Shown here in pieces: positions 37,429 to 47,937 of a stretch of 64,000 nt of DNA. Position numbers and translations under genes: made by a program. The stretch lies in the NCBI GenBank assembly GCA_963662285.2, contig CAXXMV010000008.1:416001-480000 (forward strand). Direction: 5' to 3'. The notes below the pieces were generated by a model. That model had not been told where the DNA came from. It was given only the letters and a program-made list of their open reading frames with translations, and did no database searches. This DNA comes from a bacterium. GTDB taxonomy: Bacteria > Hinthialibacterota > Hinthialibacteria > Hinthialibacterales > Hinthialibacteraceae. Numbering within the stretch: position 1 is the stretch's first letter; every line of letters starts with the position of its first letter.

Positions 37429-39011
37429 ACAGCCGGGCTGCGGTCTGAATTATCTTGATCCGGCTGGTCGCTATCTTGCTGGCCGGTATTATGCTGAATA
37501 CCGTTTTCCTGATCGTCGGGTTTGATTACCTCATACCATATATCCAGGAAGAAGGCCATGAAACACCACAGGAAGAACGAAATCAACATCCCGGCTGCAG
37601 TCATATAGGATCGCTTGGGCGACACGCGTTTGTCTGGTTTTATGGCGCGATCCACGCTGACATCAGAATAACGGATATTCTCTCCACGGCTTTGCAACAG
37701 GGCGGCCTCATCTAACAAGGGACGGATAGCGGTCAAAGCGCTGCGATGCTGATTCATATTACGACGCAGTTGTTCGATTGCAGTCTCATGGTTACGTATA
37801 GATTCTGAAAGAGTGGATATTTCACGCGTGATGCGTTTGACTTGATCCTTGACAGATAAGAGTTTTGCGTCCAATTCGTTTTTTTGTTTGAGTAGTTCCT
37901 GATACTGTTTTTCTTTATTATCAGTCATGCTTTTCAAGAAAGCATTAAGAAGAAAAACCTCTCCTTCGATTTTCTGTTGAGTGGGCAGAAATGCATCCTG
38001 ATATTGCGAGCTTATCGAGAAAGAGAGAGAATCAGCGATTTCACGCCGCTCTTTCATAAATGATTCATCTTCATCATCCAGAGAAAACGATTCTTCTTTA
38101 CTATCCGCGATACGCCGATTGGGCGCCATGCCTGTCAATTGAACCAGTTTAGAAGCCAATTCAGCCCGCGCTTGTTGGAGCTTGGATTCCTTTTCATAAT
38201 CGGCCAACGCTTTTTCTGCTTTTACTAAATCAATCTCAATACCTTTGGCTCTATCTTGAGTACGGGTAATTTCGTTCTCAATGGCTCCCCGGACAATCTC
38301 TTCAGAGCGTGCCAGGAATAAATCAAGCCAGGTATTAGCCAGCATCTTGGCGCTTGAAGCAGTATCAAACTCAGCCGAGACGCGAATTACCCGTGAATAC
38401 TCCACTTCCATATTAGTCTCACGTACCTTGGAGACGCTGGCGCTGAGCATCTTACGCAGGTCGAATACGGTTAAATCATCAAGTTCGTCTGGATCGCTTT
38501 TATAAGCCGTCTCTAATTCTTCCGCGCTTAAATGGCCTAACATATTTATCTTAACCGCCCACTGCGGATCATCTTTCTCATCCTGAGGGACAAGAAATCC
38601 AGTTAGTATAGTCAGGTTAGTATTCTGAATTTTTTCATAAATTGTCATCTTCTGCGATTTTTCGCCAAGATGCTTATCGATTGCAGTTAAGAATTCTGGA
38701 TCATCGTATAGTTGATGAACCGCCAAACGATACCATTTCAGGGAAGCAATAATCTGCTGATAAATACGATCTGACAACATAACTCCCTGATATGTAAGAA
38801 CATCGAAAGGCTTAGAAACCAGCCGCAGAGATTCTTTATATTTTGGCGTAGAAACCAGAACCCGGGCGTCCGCCCGCCAGGTCTGCGGCCATATAAGGGT
38901 TGCAAGAGCCACAAGCACGGTTACACAAATGGTTCCTGTGATAATCATTGTCCTGCGGCGGTAAAGAACGCGGAGAAAACTCACCAGATCGTAGGCAAAA
39001 GTTTGAGCCAT
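37410..39011 (-). CDS. Wzz/GumC-like polysaccharide chain-length determinant
   Basis: N-terminal DL..LY-RR plus TM, long coiled coil, C-terminal A..PDKRVSPKR plus TM. Confidence 0.8.
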   Translation of the reverse strand: MAQTFAYDLVSFLRVLYRRRTMIITGTICVTVLVALATLIWPQTWRADARVLVSTPKYKESLRLVSKPFDVLTYQGVMLSDRIYQQIIASLKWYRLAVHQLYDDPEFLTAIDKHLGEKSQKMTIYEKIQNTNLTILTGFLVPQDEKDDPQWAVKINMLGHLSAEELETAYKSDPDELDDLTVFDLRKMLSASVSKVRETNMEVEYSRVIRVSAEFDTASSAKMLANTWLDLFLARSEEIVRGAIENEITRTQDRAKGIEIDLVKAEKALADYEKESKLQQARAELASKLVQLTGMAPNRRIADSKEESFSLDDEDESFMKERREIADSLSFSISSQYQDAFLPTQQKIEGEVFLLNAFLKSMTDNKEKQYQELLKQKNELDAKLLSVKDQVKRITREISTLSESIRNHETAIEQLRRNMNQHRSALTAIRPLLDEAALLQSRGENIRYSDVSVDRAIKPDKRVSPKRSYMTAAGMLISFFLWCFMAFFLDIWYEVIKPDDQENGIQHNTGQQDSDQPDQDNSDRSPAVCGQDM

Positions 39012-39207
39012 GATAATCTCTTTATGTGTAAATAGAATTAATAGAAGTTATAGGAGCTTACGCAGGGAAAGAGTAGGTGTCAACCCGTTTCTTGAGCGAT
39101 TATTAAAAAATCGCATGTCAATACAGTAGTAAGAAGTCCTCGAAATAATAAGACTTATAACAAATACGGCGCTTTCAATTATCATATACTTTATTAACCG
39201 TTACGCC

Positions 39208-39236
39208 AAAAAGGCTCCCAAAAATCGGGAGCCTTT
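39208..39236 (-). terminator. rpmB terminator
   Basis: AAAGGCTCCC..GGGAGCCTTT hairpin with U tract on the minus strand. Confidence 0.75.
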
Positions 39237-39271
39237 AGAAATGGTTTTACGAAAGATAATTCTGTTTAGAA

Positions 39272-39451
39272 TTATAAATTACCGGTGCGGATGCAGCGGG
39301 TGCATGCGCGAATACGTCTAGTCTGTCCATTACCCTTTACGGTCACCTTTTGAAGGTTGGGCATAAAGCGACGTTTGGTTTTGTTATTAGCGTGACTGAC
39401 GTTATTTCCTGAAACCGGGGCTTTCCCACAAATTGCACATACGCGAGCCAT
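39272..39451 (-). CDS. rpmB: 50S ribosomal protein L28 (59 aa; absent from the ORF track)
   Basis: Hand translation [59 protein letters not shown]; AAGGAG RBS. Confidence 0.97.
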   Translation of the reverse strand: MARVCAICGKAPVSGNNVSHANNKTKRRFMPNLQKVTVKGNGQTRRIRACTRCIRTGNL

Positions 39452-39597
39452 TTTGAATCTCCTTGAAAGTACTTATAAGACCTACGACAAAACAGAGGTA
39501 ATTATAGCCGCCTTAACCGGATGTCCAAGGCGCACGTAACGAATTGAGCAGAGCATATCAATATATTTCACCTAGGGTAATTATAAATACACTCCAA

Positions 39598-40884
39598 TCA
39601 CTCAGCCAAATTCACATTGGCTTCTCCCACCAAGGCTTTACTGACATTACCGAAAAAGGCTTTGCGCAATGCCGAACTTTCCTTATCTTCACGTTTAGGA
39701 TGAACTGCATTGGATAACAATATGGCAGCCATCTTATGTTCTGGATCGATAGTTAGCGCGGTTCCTGTGAAGCCGGTATGACCATAAGCGGTCTTGGATG
39801 GCAAGCCGCCGATTCCACTAATCAGCATTTCATCATCCATCCCCCACCAACCAAGCAGTTGCTTACGATAACGCAAGAAACCAGAGCCATTTACAACAGA
39901 GTTCTTGGTTAATTGCGGTGTAAGCATCAATTTGATGGTTTCGTTTTTAAGAATCCTTTTACCATTAAAAATACCGCCATCAAGCAACATTTGACAGAAC
40001 ACGGCGAGATCCGTGGCGGTTGAAAATAGACCGGCGTGACCGGATACCCCCCCCATAATGCGCGAATTTTCATCGTGAACGATGCCTTTAAGGATATTCT
40101 TTCTCTGTGGATCGAATTCAGTCGAGGCGGCGTTTATACGTTCCTGCATACGGGGCAGAAATCCGGTATTAAGCATTCCAAGAGGTTCAAATATATTTTC
40201 ATAAGAGAAATGATCCAATCGCTTGCCGGAAACAGTTTCCACTATTCTACCCAGTACAATGAAACCAATGTCGCTATAAATCCTTTTTTCGCCAGGAGGA
40301 TATAGCAAAGAGAAATCTTCATCTATAGCCCGGAAATAATCTTCACGGTCAATATAGTGCATGTAAAATGGATACCATGCTTGAAGACCTGAAGTATGGG
40401 TTAATAGGTTGCGGACAGTTACTTTATCCTTGGCCCGCCCCCCAAAGGTTGGAATATATTGCACTACCGGCGCATCAAGGTTGATCTTGCCTTGTTCGAC
40501 CAAAATCATTACTGAAGTCGTAGTGGCGATCATCTTGGTTAAAGAAGCTAAATCGAAAAGAGTGTGCTCCATCATTTTATCGTTAAACGAAACGTACTCG
40601 ATCTCTTCTGAACCGGGCATGGAACGTATCATATAAGTTTGTTTATTTCCAACCGCGCGACGGGCGATGATATGACCATCTTTCAGTATAAGACCTACAG
40701 CGCCGGGGACCGCTCCTTCAGTGACAAGCGTCGTCATCGAATCAAAGGATTTATTAACGAATTCATAATCCAATCCTTTATCCCATGGATTAGCCCAAGG
40801 CAGAGGCTCGATGGCAGCGTTGCCCATAACAGATGCAGAAATAACGATTAATCCAACCAATAAAACAGAAGAATAACTTCGCAT
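39598..40884 (-). CDS. Secreted serine hydrolase, beta-lactamase class C / AmiE-like fold
   Basis: FDLASLTK (SxxK), LLTHTSG, YSD, VHDEN, GHAGLFS, GHTGFTG. Confidence 0.88.
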   Translation of the reverse strand: MRSYSSVLLVGLIVISASVMGNAAIEPLPWANPWDKGLDYEFVNKSFDSMTTLVTEGAVPGAVGLILKDGHIIARRAVGNKQTYMIRSMPGSEEIEYVSFNDKMMEHTLFDLASLTKMIATTTSVMILVEQGKINLDAPVVQYIPTFGGRAKDKVTVRNLLTHTSGLQAWYPFYMHYIDREDYFRAIDEDFSLLYPPGEKRIYSDIGFIVLGRIVETVSGKRLDHFSYENIFEPLGMLNTGFLPRMQERINAASTEFDPQRKNILKGIVHDENSRIMGGVSGHAGLFSTATDLAVFCQMLLDGGIFNGKRILKNETIKLMLTPQLTKNSVVNGSGFLRYRKQLLGWWGMDDEMLISGIGGLPSKTAYGHTGFTGTALTIDPEHKMAAILLSNAVHPKREDKESSALRKAFFGNVSKALVGEANVNLAE

Positions 40885-40894
40885 TTTAATCTCC

Positions 40895-42202
40895 CTATAT
40901 AACTATCTGGCCTACTAAATTCCCATTTTTCAAATCAATAATATTCACTGAGACTTGATCTCCGCTTGAAACGCCATGGGGCGCGTCAAATTCCACCCTG
41001 AGATAATTGGTGGTAAATCCTGAACAATTTCCCTCATCAACCGATTCAACCAAGACAGACATTATACTACCAATATACCGTTTTTTGACTTTATCGACGA
41101 CGGCGCCGGCAATCCGGTCAAGTTCTTTACGGCGTTCTTCAATCAGTTTCGGCTCTAATTTATCACTCATTCGAAGCGCAGGAGTATCTTCCCGCGCTGA
41201 AAAACGGAAAGAATGAACTTTGCAAAATTCGCATTTATTTACCATATCTATTGTATCTTGAAAATCCTGATCAGTCTCACCGGGAAATCCGACCATGATA
41301 TCGGTGGATAACTCAAAATACGGCAACAGATTACGCGCTTTTTGGACGCGTTCATTGAAATACTCGGCTTTATACAAACGATTCATCCGACGCAGAATTC
41401 GATTAGAACCGCTCTGTAACGGTAGATGAAGGTGTGGGCATATAACGTCGCCCTTTTCCTGCATTACCTTAAAAAGTTCATCATTGGCGTGCTGAGGCTC
41501 AAACGATGATATACGGATACGCTTAATGCCATCAATTTCCGCCGCTTGAACAAGCAAATCAGGCAACGCAACATCCATCCCCCGGCCATAATAGCCCAGG
41601 CAGATTCCACAAAAAACGATTTCAGGATATCCGCCGTCAACTAATTGGCGGCATTCGTCCAGGATTTCCGGCATGGGACGGCTGCGGGCTTGCCCCCTAC
41701 CCTGCGGGATGCTGCAAAAAGTGCATTTAAGGTCGCAGCCATCTTGAATTTTGACAAAAGCGCGGGTGTGCTCGTGGAATAGTTCAATACCTTGGCTGGA
41801 ATCCCAAAGGGCGGCCTGGTCATCACAGCCCCACCCTAGATCATCCGCCAGCCGCTGCACCCATTCCGACTGTTTTTCAATAGGAACCAGTTCGTTGACT
41901 CCATCGATTTGGAGAATCTCTTCCGGCTTTCGCTCTGAATAACACCCGGTAACCATGATCCGCGCATGGGGATGGCGCCGAATCAATTTCCGAATCATCT
42001 GACGTCCCTTGCGGTCACTCTCAGCTGTGACGGAACAGGTATTAACGATAATCAAGTCAGGCGCTTCTGCATCTTCATTTATAACTAAACGATAACCGCT
42101 ATGCAGTAATTGGGCGCGAATTTTTTCAGAATCGTATTGATTTACTTTGCATCCCAGGGTTTGGATTAAAAACCGTGGAGCATTATTTTCAGTGATTGAC
42201 AT
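40895..42202 (-). CDS. mtaB: tRNA t6A37 methylthiotransferase MtaB
   Basis: TLGCKVNQYDS, NTCSVT, TRAFVKIQDGCDLKCTFC (radical SAM), HLPLQSGS, VGFPGET. Confidence 0.93.
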   Translation of the reverse strand: MSITENNAPRFLIQTLGCKVNQYDSEKIRAQLLHSGYRLVINEDAEAPDLIIVNTCSVTAESDRKGRQMIRKLIRRHPHARIMVTGCYSERKPEEILQIDGVNELVPIEKQSEWVQRLADDLGWGCDDQAALWDSSQGIELFHEHTRAFVKIQDGCDLKCTFCSIPQGRGQARSRPMPEILDECRQLVDGGYPEIVFCGICLGYYGRGMDVALPDLLVQAAEIDGIKRIRISSFEPQHANDELFKVMQEKGDVICPHLHLPLQSGSNRILRRMNRLYKAEYFNERVQKARNLLPYFELSTDIMVGFPGETDQDFQDTIDMVNKCEFCKVHSFRFSAREDTPALRMSDKLEPKLIEERRKELDRIAGAVVDKVKKRYIGSIMSVLVESVDEGNCSGFTTNYLRVEFDAPHGVSSGDQVSVNIIDLKNGNLVGQIVI

Positions 42203-42319
42203 GGCTAATTAGAATGAAACTCCTTATCAAGTGGAGTTTTTATTATATCCAATTCTTTTGAAACGGGGATTGATAGCAAGGGGAAATCTTTGTATAGAAG
42301 ATTGATAATAATTGGATAA

Positions 42320-43051
42320 TCATCGCGTTGCGTTAAAGAGGACGGTTCCGACAACTACCGCAAGTTCTGTGCGGAGAATACGTTGCCCTAAAGATGCCAG
42401 AGTGAAGGGTTGTGATTTGACGAATAGGGCTTCTTCATCAGAGAATCCGCCTTCAGGACCAAAAATCAGGTTCTTATAAGAACTGCCTTGTATTATAGAA
42501 TGATGACCGGCTAATGGTTGGCAATCATCCGCACGCTCCCAACAGACAATGGATTGCTGAGGATCAAGGTGACCTTCATGACAAAGGTCGCATAAAGATG
42601 AAAGAGTTATTTCGATTTGAGGAATCGTAGAACGCCCGCATTGACGACATGCTTCGATAGCGATTTTCTGCAAGCGAGGTAGTGCGTCAGTCCGGGGCAG
42701 GCACACAGAACGTTCCGCTTTAAAAAAAACGATTCCAGAAACACCCAACGGTGTAAGATCACGCACGATGCGGTCTTTGGTTTTGCCTTTGGTGGCGGCG
42801 ATATAGATTTTGGTCTCAGAAGATTGGTCGCAAAGATTCGGTTCGGAAAATTTTAAGCTTAAAAAAATATTATTTCGGGTAGAATTATCAATAAGATAAT
42901 AATATTCCACTCCATCACCATTGAAACAGGAGAGGTGTTGCCCGGATTTTAGACGAAGAGAGCGCTGAATGCCTAATGAATCAGGATCGCTCAATATTAA
43001 CTGAGTGTTCCCAGCTTCAGTGGTATATAGACGAGTACGCGTTTTTAACAT
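42320..43051 (-). CDS. rsmE: 16S rRNA m3U1498 methyltransferase
   Basis: EACRQCGR, GPEGGFS, LGQRILRTE; start re-assigned to ATG 43051. Confidence 0.92.
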   Translation of the reverse strand: MLKTRTRLYTTEAGNTQLILSDPDSLGIQRSLRLKSGQHLSCFNGDGVEYYYLIDNSTRNNIFLSLKFSEPNLCDQSSETKIYIAATKGKTKDRIVRDLTPLGVSGIVFFKAERSVCLPRTDALPRLQKIAIEACRQCGRSTIPQIEITLSSLCDLCHEGHLDPQQSIVCWERADDCQPLAGHHSIIQGSSYKNLIFGPEGGFSDEEALFVKSQPFTLASLGQRILRTELAVVVGTVLFNATR

Positions 43052-43237
43052 ACTATCCTTCTGAATGGATTGGAAATTAATGAGACATGGTTTTTTTGTC
43101 AAAAAAAAATGAAAAAAAATCAAAAGTAATCGGTCGTCAAGTCGATTAACCCTTGCATATCCTGACGACAGTTCTTATCCTAATCAGTTGGGCATACTTC
43201 ACGCAAGACCTATTATCAAAAAGGAGGCGAAAAAGCC

Positions 43238-43411
43238 ATGGCGGAACGAGTAAGCGATGAACGCAGGATGGAATTGGTTGCAATGATAACCTCAGCGTAT
43301 ATCAGCAGCTTTAATGGACCGGATATGCGTCCACCTGATGCCATTACAATTGCACGATTTATTCAGGACATTACCGAGAAATTTGACGAGAAATACCCCC
43401 GCGCAGATTGA
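43238..43411 (+). CDS. Small unannotated protein (57 aa) resembling the MucR/Ros N-terminal oligomerisation helices
   Basis: AAGGAGG RBS; hand translation MAERVSDERRMELVAMITSAYISSFNGPDMRPPDAITIARFIQDITEKFDEKYPRAD*; directly upstream of and co-oriented with 43450. Confidence 0.7.
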   Translation: MAERVSDERRMELVAMITSAYISSFNGPDMRPPDAITIARFIQDITEKFDEKYPRAD

Positions 43412-43449
43412 GTAGATGATAATGAAACAGGGAAGTAGAGACAACGTAG

Positions 43450-44184
43450 ATGGATCCTAGACTTACCTCTCTCCTCGAGCTTCAAGAAAGCCTGACATCG
43501 CAAAGAGAATTGGAATTGCAATATAAACAGATTCCTTCGCGACGGGACGAAATCCAAGCGATTTTGAATAATCTTGAAGAAGAAGCCAACGCCGCCCAGG
43601 AACGTTTCAAGAAGCATGAGGTCGAACAGAAAACGATCGAGCTGGAATCACAGGACGGGCAAGCAAACCGCGCTAAAAAAGAAGCTCAACTCCTTACGAT
43701 AAAAAACAATAAGGAATACGAAGCAACTCTTGCGGAAATTGAATCTTTAGACCGCCGTAACAGCCGTAATGAAGAACGGTTGATCCAGCTAATGGAAGAG
43801 GTCGAGAAAGAACGCAATCTTCTGGAAGAAAAAAAGAAGGAATTGGAAGAGCGAAAAGCCGGTTTTCAAGACGAACTTGCTGAATTAGAAAAAAAGGGCC
43901 AGGGATTGAACGGCGAAGTCGATCAAGCCAAAGCGGCAACCGAAAAGATCAAAGAACGCGTTGATGCCGCACTTTTCCAACGTTTTGTACGCGTGTTTCA
44001 CGGCAAACAAGGTATAGCCATTGCCAGCGCCAATGGAGGACATTGCGGAGCATGTTGTATGCGTTTAACTCCTAGACTAATCCAACTGGCAAAACGTGGA
44101 CAAGACATTGTCGTCTGTGAAGGATGTCAACGTTTTCTATATTGGGATACTTCACTGGAAGAAGACCAACTAGGCTCACTTTGA
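43450..44184 (+). CDS. Coiled-coil C4-type zinc-ribbon protein (CT398/HP0958 family)
   Basis: L..LQE, NNKEYEA..EI coiled coil, CGAC..L..CEGCQRFL. Confidence 0.9.
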   Translation: MDPRLTSLLELQESLTSQRELELQYKQIPSRRDEIQAILNNLEEEANAAQERFKKHEVEQKTIELESQDGQANRAKKEAQLLTIKNNKEYEATLAEIESLDRRNSRNEERLIQLMEEVEKERNLLEEKKKELEERKAGFQDELAELEKKGQGLNGEVDQAKAATEKIKERVDAALFQRFVRVFHGKQGIAIASANGGHCGACCMRLTPRLIQLAKRGQDIVVCEGCQRFLYWDTSLEEDQLGSL

Positions 44185-44254
44185 TTTAGCCTATTGAAAA
44201 CCTTTCACGGTTGCATGCGGTTGATAGTCAGAATTGTTCTGGAGATGCGTATCT

Positions 44255-45952
44255 ATGTGGACGCAGCAAGATCGCAGTTTCCTGCATATAAAATGGTTGC
44301 AAACCAGCCGACGCTGGAAACGCCTTAATCTGGATTCGATCCTTCAATCCAGCGGCTTTTTCTTATTAGTCGGTTTTTTTTGGCTGCTTTGCTATCAGGT
44401 TGTATCCAAGTTATGCAATCAAATATATTACAAATATGACGTTATTGGTCCAATAGTTCTGGACCGCATCGTTTCATTTGGTTTTTTCGCTGCATTAATG
44501 ATCGTAACAGTAGGTCATATCCTTACAGCATATAATTCTCTTTTTAGTGGGTCGGGTTTACCGCAACTTGTCGGTTCTCCTTATCCAATGCGTAAGCTTT
44601 ACCGTATTCAGTGCATGGAAGCGTTGTTTCTAGGCGGCTGGGTATCAGGAGTATTCTGCATACCAATTATCTTTGCCTATGGCTGGGAATTAAAAGCAAC
44701 CTGGTGGTATTATCCAGTAATTCTTATCGGTCTGGTTGGATTTTTGATAACTGCCGGAATGATCGGCATCATTATAATGCTTATGATTGCACGCTGGATC
44801 ATAGGACGTCCGATCAGGACAGCTATCGGTTCAGTGTTGGTGTTGGTGGGATTCTTTGCAATCATCCTATACACATCAATTGTCAACCGTGATTTATTAG
44901 GAAACATAGAGATTCAAAAGTTGGGAGAGAAACTGGCGAACTTACGGCTATCAGCCTATCCCTATCTTCCCAGCCACTGGATATCCCAGCTGATGCAAGC
45001 GGCCCACAAAGGAGATGTTTACAGCGCCTTTCTTTACCTGGGCTTACTGTGGTCAAGCGCCTTTTTTTTATGGCATCTGGCTATGGAATTAGGACATCGA
45101 TCATATAACCTCGCTTGGTTATGGACTCAAGAACGAGTTCATTTGTTTTATAAGTCAAGAGATGCCAAACGCTTCCGCAAAAAACGCACCTGGTTTCCCA
45201 GCATTCTGCCCCGTCGCGCCAGCGCTGTAATTCATAAAGAGATCAAAATATTCGCTCGTGATTTTTCCCAATGGGGACAAATGGTTCTGATTCTGACATT
45301 AGTATTGTTTTATATTGCCCATACTCAGAATTTCACTTTTAACGAGCAAAACTCTCAAGTCAAAAAATTGTTGGCTTTTTTTAACGTTATTCTGCTGGGA
45401 TTCATTCAAGCGACTTTATCTCTCAGGTATACGTTTCCATCGATCAGCCTGGAGGGAAAATCGTTCTGGGTAGTAGCTGCATCATCTATAGGATTACCTC
45501 GCTTTTTCTTTGCCAAATACTATCTGCATACCAGCGTTTTACTGGTGATTGGCTTAGGAATGGGAAGTTTACTCAACAACATCCTGGGCGTAGATCCGAC
45601 CTTAAACGCAATAAGCCTTTTTGTGCTCTTTCTCTTCTCATTTGGATTTACCAGTTGGTCGATGGGCTTCGGAGCAGTGTTTTATAAATTTGAAGCAACC
45701 GGCGCCGCTGATGTATCATCCGATACAGGCGCATTGGTTACTATGATTGTAACGCTGCTATATTTCGCCATTAGCGTATATTTCTTTTCCAGACTGGCTT
45801 TCACCCCGACGCAAGGAACCGATCTTATCGGGCAATTAGCCATTAATCCACCACTAATTCTACTCTGCGCATTGTTTCTATTTATCCAAACATGCGCCAT
45901 TCTTCTTCCCCCGGTTTATGGATTAAAAAAGTTAAAACAGGCAGTTTTATAA
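44255..45952 (+). CDS. Putative ABC-2 type exporter permease
   Basis: Multiple TM helices; LPSHW, KE...F-RD..QW, RY-FPSISLEG..FW motifs. Confidence 0.82.
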   Translation: MWTQQDRSFLHIKWLQTSRRWKRLNLDSILQSSGFFLLVGFFWLLCYQVVSKLCNQIYYKYDVIGPIVLDRIVSFGFFAALMIVTVGHILTAYNSLFSGSGLPQLVGSPYPMRKLYRIQCMEALFLGGWVSGVFCIPIIFAYGWELKATWWYYPVILIGLVGFLITAGMIGIIIMLMIARWIIGRPIRTAIGSVLVLVGFFAIILYTSIVNRDLLGNIEIQKLGEKLANLRLSAYPYLPSHWISQLMQAAHKGDVYSAFLYLGLLWSSAFFLWHLAMELGHRSYNLAWLWTQERVHLFYKSRDAKRFRKKRTWFPSILPRRASAVIHKEIKIFARDFSQWGQMVLILTLVLFYIAHTQNFTFNEQNSQVKKLLAFFNVILLGFIQATLSLRYTFPSISLEGKSFWVVAASSIGLPRFFFAKYYLHTSVLLVIGLGMGSLLNNILGVDPTLNAISLFVLFLFSFGFTSWSMGFGAVFYKFEATGAADVSSDTGALVTMIVTLLYFAISVYFFSRLAFTPTQGTDLIGQLAINPPLILLCALFLFIQTCAILLPPVYGLKKLKQAVL

Positions 45953-46178
45953 AAAACAACTCTACTTTTTCTCATTTTAATAAAATTATTGATAATAACA
46001 AAATTAGTTCTCAAATCCCACCAAACCTTAAATTCCTAAATCATTCAACCAAAGCAAGATACTACTATATAAAAATATGGCGCCTTTATTGCTCTTATAA
46101 TATAATAATTATTTACATAAATTACTTATATAGCATATATTTTTTACATAACTTATGAGTATAGACTGGCTATAGAAT

Positions 46179-46760
46179 ATGAAACAGGATGCAGAAAAAA
46201 ATAATATTATGATTTTAGTAAATCAATTTATTGGAAGTTTAGTCTATACGCTTCTACTGATTTTTTGGAGTAATTGGTCAAACAATAATTTTAAAGCCGA
46301 ATTTCTGATTTTTCTTTTGCCGCCTGTCTTTTATTCCGCAATAAAATTCCAGCAAAGAATATATTTAGCATCATTGTTGATTGTAATATCAGTAAGTCTT
46401 TCTACTCTATTATACATGGATTTAAATTTCAGTTATTTATTCAATACAGCGTCAATAATTTGTGTAATAACCACCTTTTCTTCTGAATGCATTTTTCGAT
46501 TGGGAAAAGCACAGATAGATCAACGCGAAAAAGTGATTATGAAACAGAACGAAATTATCTCCAATGTTAATCAGCTTAGCGGTCTACTGCCTATCTGCAC
46601 GAGTTGTAAAAAAATACGCGATGACCAGGGTAATTGGAGCGGGGTAGAAACATTTATCCGCAATCATTCTGAAGCAGAATTTACTCATAGCATGTGCCCT
46701 GATTGCGTTAAAAAATACTATCCTGATTTTGACGAAAATAATGAGGATAATTGTTGTTGA
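46179..46760 (+). CDS. Membrane protein with a C-terminal Cys/His (LPIC..CKKIRDD..HS-CP-C) domain
   Basis: About 4 TM helices, then LPICTSCKKIRDDQGNW...FTHSMCPDC. Confidence 0.8.
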   Translation: MKQDAEKNNIMILVNQFIGSLVYTLLLIFWSNWSNNNFKAEFLIFLLPPVFYSAIKFQQRIYLASLLIVISVSLSTLLYMDLNFSYLFNTASIICVITTFSSECIFRLGKAQIDQREKVIMKQNEIISNVNQLSGLLPICTSCKKIRDDQGNWSGVETFIRNHSEAEFTHSMCPDCVKKYYPDFDENNEDNCC

Positions 46761-46767
46761 TGCAGGA

Positions 46768-47808
46768 TCAAGCGACTAATTGTTCCAGTTTGGGTATATT
46801 ATTAACGTCGCCTATCACGATAAGAGTTACGTCCTCTTCTATTACGGTATCTCCGGTTGGAGCATAATGAAAATGGTCAGAACCGGACTTTTGGATAGCG
46901 ACAACCACCATACCGGCTTTTTGATTGATATCGAGTGAATCCAGCGTTTTTCCTACAGCGCTGGAATTTTTCGGCACTAATACCCCCTCGACGCGTAGGG
47001 TTCGTTCTTTATCGCGCAACATTTTGTCCAGAAAGGTTACTACTGATGGCCTGATCATCTCCGAGGCCATGCGCATTCCGCCGATAAGGGTAGGAGAAAC
47101 AACCGAATCGGCGCCGGCTTTGCTCAACTTTTTCATGTGCTGAACATCCATGCCTTTACAGACAATGCGCAGATCTTTTTTCATTTGTTTAGCGGTAACC
47201 ACCAGCATCATATTATCCTTATCATCATTGAGGCACGCGATAAGGCCCACAGCTTTATCGATCCCCGCAGCCTGGAGAATATGATTCTCAGACGAATCGC
47301 CTTCTATGACCGGAACATCCGGCATTAGTTTATTAAGTTCCTTGACGCGTTCTTCGTCCAGTTCAACCATCACGAAAGGACGATTGGTATTTTTCAATTC
47401 ATTGGCGACAACCATCCCCTGCCGACCGATGCCGCAAACAATATAGTGATTGCTCAAATTTTCGATCATTTTTCTTACCCGTCTTCTCCAGTAAAGTTCC
47501 CATGCCTCGCCTTCAACAATAAACGCCGTACCAGTAGTAATGACATATAATAAAAAGCCCATCCCGGTTAAAGAATACAAACTGGTGAAAATTTTCGCCG
47601 TATTGGTATCGACCGCAGTAACATGACCGAAACCTACGGTAGTAAGGGTGATTGAGGCCATGAAGAATGAATCTATCCAGGTATCAGTTTCTGCTCCGTT
47701 ATACTTAAAACCGACGACGCCGATGACGAATACAATAAGCAATACGCCGCATCCATCAAGCAAGCGCCTTCCCCAGACAAATTGTTTTTTAAAGTAAACA
47801 TCGTCCAT
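46768..47808 (-). CDS. Potassium channel with RCK/TrkA-N and TrkA-C domains
   Basis: TLTTVGFG selectivity filter; HYIVCGIGRQG Rossmann motif. Confidence 0.93.
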   Translation of the reverse strand: MDDVYFKKQFVWGRRLLDGCGVLLIVFVIGVVGFKYNGAETDTWIDSFFMASITLTTVGFGHVTAVDTNTAKIFTSLYSLTGMGFLLYVITTGTAFIVEGEAWELYWRRRVRKMIENLSNHYIVCGIGRQGMVVANELKNTNRPFVMVELDEERVKELNKLMPDVPVIEGDSSENHILQAAGIDKAVGLIACLNDDKDNMMLVVTAKQMKKDLRIVCKGMDVQHMKKLSKAGADSVVSPTLIGGMRMASEMIRPSVVTFLDKMLRDKERTLRVEGVLVPKNSSAVGKTLDSLDINQKAGMVVVAIQKSGSDHFHYAPTGDTVIEEDVTLIVIGDVNNIPKLEQLVA

Positions 47809-47937
47809 AGTTCACATCATTCTCAATTGAAAAAACCTATAAATCTCATAAGTTACCCAAAATCTCATAAATCACTAAACTTTGTCAAGCCAAGATAATA
47901 GAATATCACATAAACACATAAATAAGTAGAAGATAAC

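Noticed and set aside
39598-40884. Antibiotic-resistance beta-lactamase
   Set aside because: YSD, VHDEN and GHAGLFS motifs fit the esterase/amidase-like serine hydrolase branch; housekeeping context
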